Shown here: in pieces, positions 50,502 through 60,031 of the stretch
How positions within the stretch are numbered: the stretch's first letter is position 1
Layout of the letters: each line of letters opens with the position of its first letter
Assembly: GCA_966250015.1 (NCBI GenBank)
Contig: CBINFS010000001.1
Location: 231,309-295,308 of the forward strand
Direction of reading: 5' to 3'
Source of the DNA: an uncultured bacterium
GTDB taxonomy: Bacteria > Bacteroidota > Rhodothermia > Rhodothermales > DASSAV01
DNA: 64,000 bases
Translations under genes and position numbers: made by a program
The notes under the pieces: model-generated
The model's database searches: none
Seen by the model: only the letters and a program-made list of their open reading frames with translations
Told to the model about the DNA's origin: nothing

Positions 50502-52595
50502 ATGGCCCCGACAAGACGAATCGAGATCCCGGTACAGGGGATGGACTGTGCCTCGTGCGCGCGGCACGTACAGAAAGCCATCGAAGAGGTACCCGGCGTT
50601 TGCTCGGTCGAAGTGTTGCTCGGTGCGGAGAAAGCGGTGCTCGAGCTCGACGGCAGGAAGCCCGCCGACCTTGAGGCCATTCGCCGTGCCGTGCAGGATG
50701 CGGGCTACAGCGTTCCCATGGAAGAGCCCCGCTTACCATCCGGCGCGCTTACGTACGGACGCAAGGTCTTCTTTGTGCTCGGGCTTGTTTTTGGGGTCGT
50801 GTTGTTCGTCGCGATCGTCGGGGAATGGCTTGGATTCTTTGAGGCCGTACAGGAGCGCGTTCCATTCTGGGCTGGTTTTGCCCTCGTGCTGCTCGTTGGC
50901 TACCCCGTGCTCTTGAACGTGATCCGGGCGACGCTCAAGCGTCAGGTGATTTCGCACACGCTCATGTCGGTCGGCGCCATCGCGGCGTTACTCGTCGGTG
51001 AGTGGGCGACGGCTGCCGTCGTGGTCTTTTTCATGCGGGTGGGTGATTACGTCGAAGGATTCACGGCGGACCGCGCCCGCCAGTCGGTGCGGTCCCTCAC
51101 CGCTCTGGCGCCGCAGACCGCCCGCGTGGAAGACGAAAAGGGCGAGCGCGAGGTGCCCGTGTCGGAGGTGCGTCCGGGGGATCGGGTCGTCGTGAGGCCG
51201 GGTGAGCGGATTCCGGTGGATGGTATCGTCGAAAGCGGGCGTGCGACGATCGACCAGGCCGCCGTCACCGGGGAGTCTATTCCGGTCGAGGCCGCCGCCG
51301 GTTCGACGGTCTACGCGGCTACAGTCGCGCAATACGGCAGCCTGCGCATCCGAACGACGGCCGCCGGGAGCGATTCGACGTTCGGCCGCGTCATTCGGAT
51401 GGTCGAGCAGGCGGAAGCCAATCGAGGGAACGTGCAGCGTTTGGCCGACCGGTTCTCGGCCTATTACCTTCCCGCCGTGGCGGTTATCGCGCTTCTCACG
51501 TATTTGCTCCGGCAGGACCTCATGGCCACGGTGGCGGTGCTGGTCGTGGCTTGCTCGTGTGCGTTCGCCCTCGCGACGCCCGTGGCAATGCTGGCGTCGA
51601 TCGGGGCAGCAGCCAAAAAGGGCCTGCTCGTCAAAGGTGGACGATACCTGGAGGCGCTGGCACGCGGCGACGTGCTGCTGATCGATAAAACCGGAACCCT
51701 GACGCTGGGAAAACCCCGGATCACCGACGTGATCGCGCTCAACGGCTATCCCGAGGAGGAAATCCTTGCCCTCGCGGCGAGCGCTGAGTACGACTCCGAG
51801 CACCCGCTCGCGGAATCCGTGCGACGGGCGGCGTTGGAACGCCGGATACCCTTCGAAAGGCCGGACCGGTTCGAGGCCATTCCAGGGCGCGGCGTCCGGG
51901 CAGACGTCCACGGGCATACCGTCGAGGTGGGTAACGGGCGATTGCAATCGGCCGGACCGGCTCAGGACGCTCAGGACGATGTGGACCGGCTGAGGAGAGA
52001 AGGTAAAACGCTCCTGTTCGTCGAGGTAGACGGGACCCCTGTCGGGCTGTTCGGCGCCGCTGATACGGCACGCGGCGACGTCCCGGAAGCCCTGGAGGCC
52101 TTGCGTCAGCTCGGCATCCGACACGTCGAGCTCCTTACGGGCGACCGTGAGGAAACGGCTGCAGCGCTTGCGGAGCCCTTGAAAATCCGCTACCGGGCCT
52201 GTCTATTGCCCGAGGACAAGATCCGGATCGTCCGTGAGTACCAGGCGCAGGGGCACACGGTGGTCATGATCGGCGACGGCGTCAACGACGCTCCCGCGCT
52301 GGCGCAGGCCGACGTGGGCATTGCGATGGGCGTGATCGGTACCGACGTGGCGATCGAGGCCGCTCACGTGGGGCTGATGCGTGAGGACTGGTTGCTGGTA
52401 CCGGAGCTGTTCCGCATATCCCGGCGCACGATGGGCGTGGTGAAGCTCAACATCGGATTTACGACGGTCTACAACGTGGTGGGCCTGACGCTCGCCGCCC
52501 TCGGCATCCTGCCTCCCATCCTGGCCGCCGCCGCCCAATCGCTGCCCGACCTGGGCATCCTCGCCAACTCCGCCCGCCTGATCAGACAGGGCTGA
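50502..52595 (+). CDS. copA: Heavy-metal translocating P1B-type ATPase (CopA-like) with N-terminal HMA domain; transmembrane motif CSC instead of CPC
   Basis: GMDCASC in the HMA domain, DKTGTLT phosphorylation site, GDGVNDAP hinge, and ACSCAFALATP in the metal-binding helix. Confidence 0.85.
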   Translation: MAPTRRIEIPVQGMDCASCARHVQKAIEEVPGVCSVEVLLGAEKAVLELDGRKPADLEAIRRAVQDAGYSVPMEEPRLPSGALTYGRKVFFVLGLVFGVVLFVAIVGEWLGFFEAVQERVPFWAGFALVLLVGYPVLLNVIRATLKRQVISHTLMSVGAIAALLVGEWATAAVVVFFMRVGDYVEGFTADRARQSVRSLTALAPQTARVEDEKGEREVPVSEVRPGDRVVVRPGERIPVDGIVESGRATIDQAAVTGESIPVEAAAGSTVYAATVAQYGSLRIRTTAAGSDSTFGRVIRMVEQAEANRGNVQRLADRFSAYYLPAVAVIALLTYLLRQDLMATVAVLVVACSCAFALATPVAMLASIGAAAKKGLLVKGGRYLEALARGDVLLIDKTGTLTLGKPRITDVIALNGYPEEEILALAASAEYDSEHPLAESVRRAALERRIPFERPDRFEAIPGRGVRADVHGHTVEVGNGRLQSAGPAQDAQDDVDRLRREGKTLLFVEVDGTPVGLFGAADTARGDVPEALEALRQLGIRHVELLTGDREETAAALAEPLKIRYRACLLPEDKIRIVREYQAQGHTVVMIGDGVNDAPALAQADVGIAMGVIGTDVAIEAAHVGLMREDWLLVPELFRISRRTMGVVKLNIGFTTVYNVVGLTLAALGILPPILAAAAQSLPDLGILANSARLIRQG

Positions 52596-52613
52596 TCGTT
52601 AGGTTCGACCGGC

Positions 52614-53774
52614 TCAATACTTCATCAGCAGGTTCAGCAACCCGCGGTCGAGCTTGTGGCCGTACCAGTCTTCGTATTCGATGTCAGTTCTGCCGGAGTC
52701 GAGGATGCCGAAGTCGCCGCGGAAGTTCCAGAGGGCGTATCCGATCCCGTGCGACGTCAGGATGTCCAGGACGTCACCGAACCAGGCGAGGAACACTTCG
52801 TGTGGGGTTTCCCGCCAGCAGCCGCATTCTCCACAGTGAACGCCGACGCCCTGCTCGACCATCTCGATCCACGGCCGGTAAAACTCCTCGAGGTCTTCCC
52901 GGCTGAACTGGCGGCCGTCGATCTCGCCCGGCCAGACCGGAGTGGGCGCATCGTCCGGATTTTCGAAGACCCAGGGAGCGCGGTAGTGCGAGATGTAATG
53001 GGGGAAGTACCCGCGGCAGCTCTGCCCGATGTCGAGGTCTGCGATTTCCGGGATGGGAACCGCGCCGACGTCGTTCCCGTCGGCGATGACGAGGTGATTG
53101 GGGTTGTGCGAGCGGATGGTTTCCAGTGCCGCTTGTGCAACCTTCCGGTAGACCTCGCCGGGGACAGGGCTACGCCGGGAGAACTGGTCGTTCATGTCCT
53201 CGCGGGCGCTGGGTTCGTTGACGAGGTCGAAGCTGATCTTGTCAGGTGAGACGTCTTTGAATCGCTCGGCCCACATGGACCAGTGGAAAAGGAAAGCTTT
53301 CTGGGCCTCTTCGTCTTCCCACAGGTTGTAGGGCTCGTTGAAACCGGCGTTGACGCAGTAACCCGGCGCCCGGTGAAGATTCAGGCTCACGTGGATGCCG
53401 TACTTGTGCGCCTTTGCCACCAGGTCCTCGATGTACTCGACCTGCTCCTCGTCGATGTTGTACACCTCTTCAGGCGTGATATTCCGGGAGCGGTCGAACT
53501 TGACGTAGCGTGGGTAGGCCATCGGGATTCTCACGAAGTCGAATCCCCAGTCGGCCATCCATTTAAGGTCCTCCTCTGTCGTTTGGGCGCGTCCGTTACC
53601 CGGGTTGGGCGAGAAAAAATCCAGGAGGTTAAACCCACGCCAACGCGGGAGCTTGTTCCGGACGGGTTCTCCGGAAGTCCCGGCACAACCGAGGTTACTC
53701 GCCAGGTAAACGCCTGCCGCCGAGGCTGCTGTGGTTTTCAGAAAAGCTCTGCGGTTGAGGGAACGGATCGACAT
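52614..53774 (-). CDS. Glycoside hydrolase family 5 enzyme with Tat signal
   Basis: Twin-arginine signal (NRRAFLK) and the GH5 catalytic NEP motif (FDLVNEP). Confidence 0.8.
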   Translation of the reverse strand: MSIRSLNRRAFLKTTAASAAGVYLASNLGCAGTSGEPVRNKLPRWRGFNLLDFFSPNPGNGRAQTTEEDLKWMADWGFDFVRIPMAYPRYVKFDRSRNITPEEVYNIDEEQVEYIEDLVAKAHKYGIHVSLNLHRAPGYCVNAGFNEPYNLWEDEEAQKAFLFHWSMWAERFKDVSPDKISFDLVNEPSAREDMNDQFSRRSPVPGEVYRKVAQAALETIRSHNPNHLVIADGNDVGAVPIPEIADLDIGQSCRGYFPHYISHYRAPWVFENPDDAPTPVWPGEIDGRQFSREDLEEFYRPWIEMVEQGVGVHCGECGCWRETPHEVFLAWFGDVLDILTSHGIGYALWNFRGDFGILDSGRTDIEYEDWYGHKLDRGLLNLLMKY

Positions 53775-53868
53775 ACTTTTTCCACCGAAAGGTTGACAGA
53801 CAGAGGAGAATATCTGCCTTTAAGGTACGGGCTCGCGGTGGAAAGGGTCAACGGCCCTTGGAACGGGA

Positions 53869-54747
53869 TCACGAGGCGACGTGGCGGATCTCCACCTGGC
53901 CTTTCCGTATGCGCGTTTGATAGGCCGGCTGTGGGTGCGTGGCGGGGCCGTGTACGACCGAACCGTCGCGGAGGTCGAAGACCGAATCGTGCCAGGGGCA
54001 CTGCACCGTGAAGTCGTGGAACTCCCCTTCTTCGAGCGGACCTCCGGAGTGGCTGCACACCGCGTTGATCGCGTGGACTGTGCCCTCGCAGCGGTAAAGG
54101 AGCACCTTCGATCCTTCGACGTCTACCGCCTTCGGTTCTCCTTCGGGAAGCTCTGCTTCGGGAAGGACGGCCGTCCACTTCTCCGGTCCCGAGATCTCCT
54201 CGCTGTGATCGACGCCTACCCTGTGGGTGTAGACGAGGTGCCCGCCGAGCCAGGCCGAGGCGGCAAGCAGGGCGAGCGCCAGCGAGGAGAAAAATACGCC
54301 GCGCGCTCGCTTTCCATTCTTCCGGTCGCGCAACGAGAGCAGGTAGAGCCCGAGGTTGACGCTGTTCAGCAGCGCGTGCATCGATGCGCTGCTCATGGCG
54401 GGCTTTTCAACAGTCGAGAAGTCGGCGAGCCCGCTGATGGCCGTCGCGACGGCGGATATGCTGCCTGCCGATACGAGCGTGTCGGCGGCCTTTTCCGCAA
54501 ACCGTGCTCCCCGGGCGGCCGCGAGGACGTCGAAGAGGGTGGCCAGCGTAAAGGCGCCCACGGTGACGTCGGTCAGCATCGGATGGAGTGGGTGGCCGAG
54601 CCACGTACCGTGGAGCAGGTCGGCTATTTTCCGGGCCGGGTATCCACCCTTCAGCACCGCGGCATGAATGGATCGGGACAGCTTCAGCCCGTTTTCGGAT
54701 AAGCCCGGCAGTTGCTCCGTTTTCTGAACGAGAAGGTCTCCCAGCAT
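53869..54747 (-). CDS. Membrane domain (DUF2231-like) fused to Rieske [2Fe-2S] domain
   Basis: Rieske boxes CSHSGGPLEEG and CPWHDSVFDL, with an N-terminal 4-TM region. Confidence 0.75.
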   Translation of the reverse strand: MLGDLLVQKTEQLPGLSENGLKLSRSIHAAVLKGGYPARKIADLLHGTWLGHPLHPMLTDVTVGAFTLATLFDVLAAARGARFAEKAADTLVSAGSISAVATAISGLADFSTVEKPAMSSASMHALLNSVNLGLYLLSLRDRKNGKRARGVFFSSLALALLAASAWLGGHLVYTHRVGVDHSEEISGPEKWTAVLPEAELPEGEPKAVDVEGSKVLLYRCEGTVHAINAVCSHSGGPLEEGEFHDFTVQCPWHDSVFDLRDGSVVHGPATHPQPAYQTRIRKGQVEIRHVAS

Positions 54748-55063
54748 GGATCAATACCGGCTCGTTTGGAGAGTAGGTACAGTCGGTTAGAATCCCTCAA
54801 ACGCTATTGTCCCCACCAACGATTAGCAAGATGCTCCATGTACCGATCTGGTGAAGTGAAAGCCGGTTTGGACTCCAATTTCCCGGTATTTCGAGCTGGT
54901 TGCAATTCGGAGAGGTCGTGTTTCTGGATTTTCACCGCACCGAAACCAGAGGGGCACATTTGCCGGGCGCCATTGCCTGAGCTCAGGCGTTTAGAGATCG
55001 TGATGGACAGGAGTCCATCAAGCAGTACTTATGTTGGGGACCATCAAGCAGTGAGAGTGAGCA

Positions 55064-55333
55064 ATGAACGTTCAGGACTTCAAATTCTTTTTGATACATA
55101 GAAGTGGTTATCGGGCACTCGGGGCCAGCCGAAAAATCGGCAATGGATACCTGATGTTTCGGATTCACCATCCCAGCGCCAACGTGTACGACGCACTCGG
55201 CACACGCAAGCCTTACGAGTGTGTCGGCGGCATCGCGAGCGACGACATCCAGCAGATGATCGAGAGTGGGGAGTGGGACATCGCGTCGGACAGCCCGTAC
55301 GAACAGGTTGAGGCGGAGGAGGCCGTATTTTGA
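55064..55333 (+). CDS. Small hypothetical protein (89 aa)
   Basis: The ORF has a GC3-rich second half and a strong terminator immediately downstream. The N-terminal 30 codons are AT-rich, so the start may be the internal Met. Confidence 0.45.
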   Translation: MNVQDFKFFLIHRSGYRALGASRKIGNGYLMFRIHHPSANVYDALGTRKPYECVGGIASDDIQQMIESGEWDIASDSPYEQVEAEEAVF

Positions 55334-55355
55334 TAAGTGGTTAGTTTCAGTGACT

Positions 55356-55400
55356 AAAAAGAGGGAGCGGGGCCGTCTGGGTCGCCGCTCCCTCTCTTTT
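55356..55400. terminator. Bidirectional rho-independent terminator
   Basis: AGAGGGAGCGG-loop-CCGCTCCCTCT, then TTTTT. Confidence 0.85.
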
Positions 55401-56182
55401 TATCCCTGGAGGAGCGACCCGCCGCCGTCGATCCAGATGGGGGTGCCCGTGATGTGGCTCGACCGGTCCGACGCGAGGAAAAGGACGAGCTCGGCTACCT
55501 GCTCGGGTTTACCGGCCTTGCCCTCGCTGAGGGGGATGCCGCCTTCCGGGAAAATGGCGGGTTCAGCCGCTTTCTCGACGTTCCTACGTTCGGTGTGCTC
55601 TTCGACGTCGGACTCGATGGCGCCCGGGCAAATGGCGTTGACGCGAATACGCATCTTGGCGAGCTCGAGGGCCAGCATCTGCATGAGGGCGATCTGGCCG
55701 GCCTTCGACGTGGAATACGCGCTGGCGCCGGCCGTCGAAAACTGCCGCGTGCCGTTGACGGACGATGTGATGATCACCGAGCCACCCCGGCGTTTCAAAT
55801 AGGGGACTGCGTATTTGATCGTGTAGAACGTTCCGGTAAGGTTGATCGAGAGCGTCTGGTTCCACTCTTCGGGTTTAATCTCTTCGATCGGCGCCCAGAC
55901 GCCGTTGACACCGGCGTGGGCGAAGACGACGTCGAGCTGACCCCACGTGCGGTCGATTTCTTCGTACACGCGCTGAACGTCCCTGTAATTCGCGATGTCG
56001 GCCGCGATGGCCAGCGCCTGCCCGCCCTCGTTTTCGATCTCCTTGACCGTCCTGTCGAGCTTTTCTTTCGTCCGCCCTGAAACGGCCACCCTGGCACCTT
56101 CGCGGGCGAACAGGAGGGCGGTAGCCTTCCCGATCCCCGAACCTCCACCCGTCACGAGCGCCACTTTCCCCTCGAGTTCCAT
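55400..56182 (-). CDS. SDR family oxidoreductase (3-oxoacyl-ACP reductase-like)
   Basis: TGGGSGIGKA, NAIC and a YxxxK-type core. The start is taken at MELEGKVALVTGG. Confidence 0.88.
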   Translation of the reverse strand: MELEGKVALVTGGGSGIGKATALLFAREGARVAVSGRTKEKLDRTVKEIENEGGQALAIAADIANYRDVQRVYEEIDRTWGQLDVVFAHAGVNGVWAPIEEIKPEEWNQTLSINLTGTFYTIKYAVPYLKRRGGSVIITSSVNGTRQFSTAGASAYSTSKAGQIALMQMLALELAKMRIRVNAICPGAIESDVEEHTERRNVEKAAEPAIFPEGGIPLSEGKAGKPEQVAELVLFLASDRSSHITGTPIWIDGGGSLLQG

Positions 56183-56334
56183 ATCTCCCTCCCTCTCTGT
56201 TCGTGCATATATCGTCAAATAACGCTCCCCATCGAATTCCGGTCACGGGCAAGGCGTAACGATGTTATACTACATGCTCGCCAGCGGCTACATAGCTCAG
56301 TTTGTGAACGTAAGGAAGGGCGGGGAATGTATCC

Positions 56335-57237
56335 TTACGGCGTTTCGCCGAGGACGATGCCGGCGTAGATGGCGGAGGTGCTCTGGATTTCAGGAGGGAG
56401 GCGGCCGTTTGAGAAGCGGACGAAGATTTCGCGGACGTAAGGCAGGCGGTCCGTCAGGCTGTAGCTGACGTCGAGCGCGACGTACGTTGCCAGCGGGTCA
56501 TCGCTTTCTTCAACGATCTCCGGCAAGCCGAAGCTGTTGAAGAAGCGGAAGTCGACGTGCAGGCCAAGGGGGCGGAGGATAGGACTATTGAGCCGTTGGC
56601 CGATTAAAAACTTCCAGGAGGCAGCCCCGTCGATCCGGGCGAAGGGGGATAGATCCTCGTCGATGGAATCGCGGAGGTCGGACTTGAGCGGTTTCACGGC
56701 GTTGAGACCAACCACAACCGACGGCACCAGGAACCACCAGCCTTCGTCCTTGATGTTGATGTAGCTGAGCTCGCCGCCGCCGGCGAGGTTGACGGCGTCG
56801 AACACCTGGTCGGCCTCGGCCTTTACGTCAGCGCCAATTTCGATGAAGCCCCAGTCTTTCGTGGGGCGGGGAAGCTGGGGCTCCGGGTCATCAGGTGAAA
56901 ACTCTGGGGGCTCAGGTGTTCTTTTTAAGCTGATCGACCAGCCCGCGTTCAGCTTTGCGGTGAGGTTTTCGGGGTTGTGGCGTGGTTTGAGGGCGACGGC
57001 CCCCTCGGCAGCGGCCGAATAGTACCATCCCTTCGGGTACGTCCCTGCAGCCGGTTGCGAATAGTACTCGTCCCGTACCGCTCCAGAAAACCGGACGGCC
57101 AAGGTGAAGGCGTCCTCACTTCGGAGGATCGCCGGCCTCAGCTCGAGGGCGGACGTCTGGGCAAACGCTGTACCGGCGACGAACAGCAACGGGAGAACGA
57201 CGAATACACGGAATAGGGGTGGCATGGTATCGTACAC
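56335..57237 (-). CDS. Secreted/outer-membrane hypothetical protein
   Basis: A signal peptide and a beta-rich 300-aa sequence. Confidence 0.5.
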   Translation of the reverse strand: MYDTMPPLFRVFVVLPLLFVAGTAFAQTSALELRPAILRSEDAFTLAVRFSGAVRDEYYSQPAAGTYPKGWYYSAAAEGAVALKPRHNPENLTAKLNAGWSISLKRTPEPPEFSPDDPEPQLPRPTKDWGFIEIGADVKAEADQVFDAVNLAGGGELSYINIKDEGWWFLVPSVVVGLNAVKPLKSDLRDSIDEDLSPFARIDGAASWKFLIGQRLNSPILRPLGLHVDFRFFNSFGLPEIVEESDDPLATYVALDVSYSLTDRLPYVREIFVRFSNGRLPPEIQSTSAIYAGIVLGETP

Positions 57238-57258
57238 GATTGGAGTGCGAGAGCGGGT

Positions 57259-59004
57259 CTACACGACTTCGCTGCCGAAACGATAGAGGGCATCGACGAA
57301 TCCGGCTAATTCGGCCAGCGTCTTGTCGCCGTCGGAGAAAAATTCCGCCAGCTTGGTGACGGTCTCTTTGACCGATTGCCCGGTCTCGCCCCGAGCGCCG
57401 GTGGCCCGGATGTAGGCATCCACGTCCTGCGCCAGCTTTTTGCACTTCCTGTTGAAGATCGTGGCGGTTTCGTGCTCCTTGTTCCAGTACTGGAGCTGCC
57501 GCAGGCGAACGTCCTTGACCTGGTCGAACGGGAGCGTCCGGTGCACGGGGTAAAGCTGGTCGAAGAGAGCCTCGTACGTACGCTTGTGCGCCTCGTTATT
57601 CTTCGACCATCGGCTATCTACCCGCGTCACGGTGAAGACGGTGGGACCAAAGAGGTGGTCTATCGCCGACTTGAGCCAGGGGGCAGGCTCGGCGCCGACA
57701 CGGTTATGGTTGGCGTGGACGAAACGACAGTAACGTTCGACGTTCGGCCCGCCCGCTTTTGATGCCTGATCGGGCAGGTTCAGGAAAGCGCGAGGCGCAA
57801 TTTCGCTTATCAGGCTGAACTCCTTCGGCGTGAGATGGCTCTGGAAATATTGCCAGAAGTGCTCTTCGGTGAGCCGCATGCGGACGAGCCAGCCGTCGGT
57901 GCCGAAGAGGATCCGTTTCTGGTACGGGCTGCCGTCTTGCAGAAATCCTTTGAGGTGGCGGAAGTAGTTTTTCTCCGCATCACCGCCGCCCATCATCTGG
58001 ACGTGATACGAGACGTCCGTGTACACTCCCTGGAAATCCTTCATAAGCGTGAGGATGCGGCCCGTCCAGGAATTGGGGTCGATGGCCGGTCCGACGAGGC
58101 CCTGCGCGCCGCCGAAGTGGGCGACGCACAGGCGAAGGTCGGGATTTCGGTTGAGAACGGGCAGCCAGTGCGAAGGATCGCAGAGGCCGATGTTCGCCGT
58201 ACTCGCATAAAAGCCACCGTGCGTGCAATGGACGACGATCGGCAACGACATCTCCCGGCAGTAGTCGTACACTTCCTGCATCTCGGGCGTGTCGACGCTG
58301 TAGCCGAGCGAAGGGTATAGCTTGACGCCGACGAACCCCATCTGCTCAACCGCCTGCTTCAACGTCGTGAGGGTGTCCTTACGGACGGGGTTCACACAGT
58401 AAAAGGGTAGAATGCGGCCGGGGAAGCGGAGAACGGCTTCGGAGTTTTCCCGAAGCTGACGCATGAACAGCTGCTCGTCGCGATCGTCGTTGTCCCCGGC
58501 GGTGATGTCCATCATGAGGGAGACGAGCAGGTCGTCGGGGTCGAGGTGGGCGAGGAGCTTTTCGGCCACGTCGCCGGCCGAGGGCTGGAGGCAGAGACGA
58601 AGGGTCTGGACGATGTCGAAGAACGTGCTCTTGTTTGCATCGCCGTCCTGCCGGTCGATGGCAGTAGAGAGCTTGTCGAGAATACTGCGAAGCGCCGCCG
58701 ATCCGAGTGTTTCGACGGGCATGCTTCCAAGGATTCGGACCTCCAGGGGGAGGTTGTTCTGCTGGTCCTTTACGAACTTTTTGAACCCGCTGTTTTTCTT
58801 GATTTTCTTTAGCAGGCGGGTGAGGAGATCCTCTTCGACGAGCAATTCGGGATGATCGAGCTGTTCGACGAGGAGGTCTTCGACGGCGCTGATCACAAAA
58901 TCAGGGAGCCGCTCTTGCGTTAGCCGGTCGACGAGGATCGAGATGGTTTTGCGGGTGAGAACGGTGTGGAGCGAGAAGATGTGAGCGTGACAGTTTACCC
59001 GCAT
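57259..59004 (-). CDS. Amidohydrolase-2 family (TIM-barrel metal-dependent hydrolase) with large insertion and C-terminal extension
   Basis: Metal-ligand motifs CHAHIF, GVKLYP, HCTHGG and FGTDGW, in a 581-aa protein. Confidence 0.65.
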   Translation of the reverse strand: MRVNCHAHIFSLHTVLTRKTISILVDRLTQERLPDFVISAVEDLLVEQLDHPELLVEEDLLTRLLKKIKKNSGFKKFVKDQQNNLPLEVRILGSMPVETLGSAALRSILDKLSTAIDRQDGDANKSTFFDIVQTLRLCLQPSAGDVAEKLLAHLDPDDLLVSLMMDITAGDNDDRDEQLFMRQLRENSEAVLRFPGRILPFYCVNPVRKDTLTTLKQAVEQMGFVGVKLYPSLGYSVDTPEMQEVYDYCREMSLPIVVHCTHGGFYASTANIGLCDPSHWLPVLNRNPDLRLCVAHFGGAQGLVGPAIDPNSWTGRILTLMKDFQGVYTDVSYHVQMMGGGDAEKNYFRHLKGFLQDGSPYQKRILFGTDGWLVRMRLTEEHFWQYFQSHLTPKEFSLISEIAPRAFLNLPDQASKAGGPNVERYCRFVHANHNRVGAEPAPWLKSAIDHLFGPTVFTVTRVDSRWSKNNEAHKRTYEALFDQLYPVHRTLPFDQVKDVRLRQLQYWNKEHETATIFNRKCKKLAQDVDAYIRATGARGETGQSVKETVTKLAEFFSDGDKTLAELAGFVDALYRFGSEVV

Positions 59005-59135
59005 GGGAACGCACCGTATGGTCGGCCGGATGAATTGGGTACATCCGGTTAAAAAGGTACGATACTCTCATTAGCGCCGTCAACGAAGCGCCGTCTACAC
59101 TTTTGGCGCAAGTGCCAAGAAAGAAAAGTGCTACG

Positions 59136-59789
59136 TCAGGTGGAGACCGGCATCACCGGATCGGCGGGGCGTTCACGTTTGAATCGAAAATCACACTTGT
59201 CGGCTCCATTTGCGATCGTGCCCGACCGCACGAGCGTCAATCCGGCGATACCCGACGTGACGTAATCGACCTCGCAGAGGATCGAGGCGTATTTACCGTA
59301 GCCATGCCTTTCGAACAGCTTGCATATCCCGCATTCGAGGATGTCGACCCCATACCCCAGGCCGAACGTTTCGTCTTTATCCGTGACGATCCTCGAAACG
59401 AACCCGTCCGGATGGCCACGTTCACCGAGCTTTCTATCCAGATACCTCAGTAGCACGCGCGAAATTCGCGAACCGATCAGCTTTACGGGAAGCCTTTTGC
59501 GCCACGCCTGGAAACGGGTCTTCGGCCGTACGTAGTCCTGCGCGATCTCCAGGCAGATCTGCCGGATGCGCTCGAAGCTTTCGCCCCGTCCATCCAGCAC
59601 CTCGATCAAGGACAGAAAGTAGGCTGCGATGTCCAGCCTTCGGTCCATCGGGTTCTTCGACGATCTCGAGAATCGCACGTCTCCCTGGAGCGCCCGGTAA
59701 CCCGCGTCGACGTCAGCCATCAAGGCATCCTCGTTTTGAGGGAAATGCGCCTCGATGGCTTTCTGGAAGTACTTCCTGTACGTTTTCAT
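59136..59789 (-). CDS. Hypothetical protein, possibly L-2-amino-thiazoline-4-carboxylic acid hydrolase-like
   Basis: About 217 aa with a Cys cluster (ECGICKLFERHGYGKYASILCEVDY). The family assignment is tentative. Confidence 0.45.
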   Translation of the reverse strand: MKTYRKYFQKAIEAHFPQNEDALMADVDAGYRALQGDVRFSRSSKNPMDRRLDIAAYFLSLIEVLDGRGESFERIRQICLEIAQDYVRPKTRFQAWRKRLPVKLIGSRISRVLLRYLDRKLGERGHPDGFVSRIVTDKDETFGLGYGVDILECGICKLFERHGYGKYASILCEVDYVTSGIAGLTLVRSGTIANGADKCDFRFKRERPADPVMPVST

Positions 59790-59817
59790 CGGGTTAACGG
59801 GCCGGTGCCGGTCGTTC

Positions 59818-60015
59818 TCAATCTTTTCGAGGCCTTCTCTTTTTTTGCTGCTCGAGCGCAAGACCGATGGCCACCCCGATGGCGATGCCCGAACCCAAAC
59901 CTACGGCCATGTCGTCCATTACGGCCCCAAGCAGCGCGCCGATCCCTACCCCTATGGCTACTCCCACGGCCAGGTTTCCGCCGGAGGTGCTCTCATTCTC
60001 ATTTTGTGGTTGCAT
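59818..60015 (-). CDS. Small glycine-zipper membrane protein
   Basis: A 65-aa protein with repeated GxxxG (GVAIGVGIGALLGAV...GLGSGIAIGVAIGLAL) and a basic tail. Confidence 0.5.
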   Translation of the reverse strand: MQPQNENESTSGGNLAVGVAIGVGIGALLGAVMDDMAVGLGSGIAIGVAIGLALEQQKKRRPRKD

Positions 60016-60031
60016 ATCGGTACTTTTTGAA

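Noticed and set aside
50988-52124. 378-aa ORF antisense to the P-type ATPase
   Set aside because: The sense strand carries the DKTGT, HMA and GDGVNDAP motifs. The antisense frame is Arg-rich with no motifs.
53881-54702. 273-aa plus-strand ORF overlapping the Rieske gene
   Set aside because: The Rieske Cys/His boxes are on the minus-strand frame. The plus-strand frame is Arg/Gly-rich and looks like an artefact.
55454-56080. 208-aa ORF antisense to the SDR gene
   Set aside because: The SDR Rossmann motif (TGGGSGIG) is on the minus strand.
59093-59110. Sigma-54 promoter-like TTGGCAC...TTGC string
   Set aside because: The GG and GC elements are not separated by the required ~10 bp spacing.
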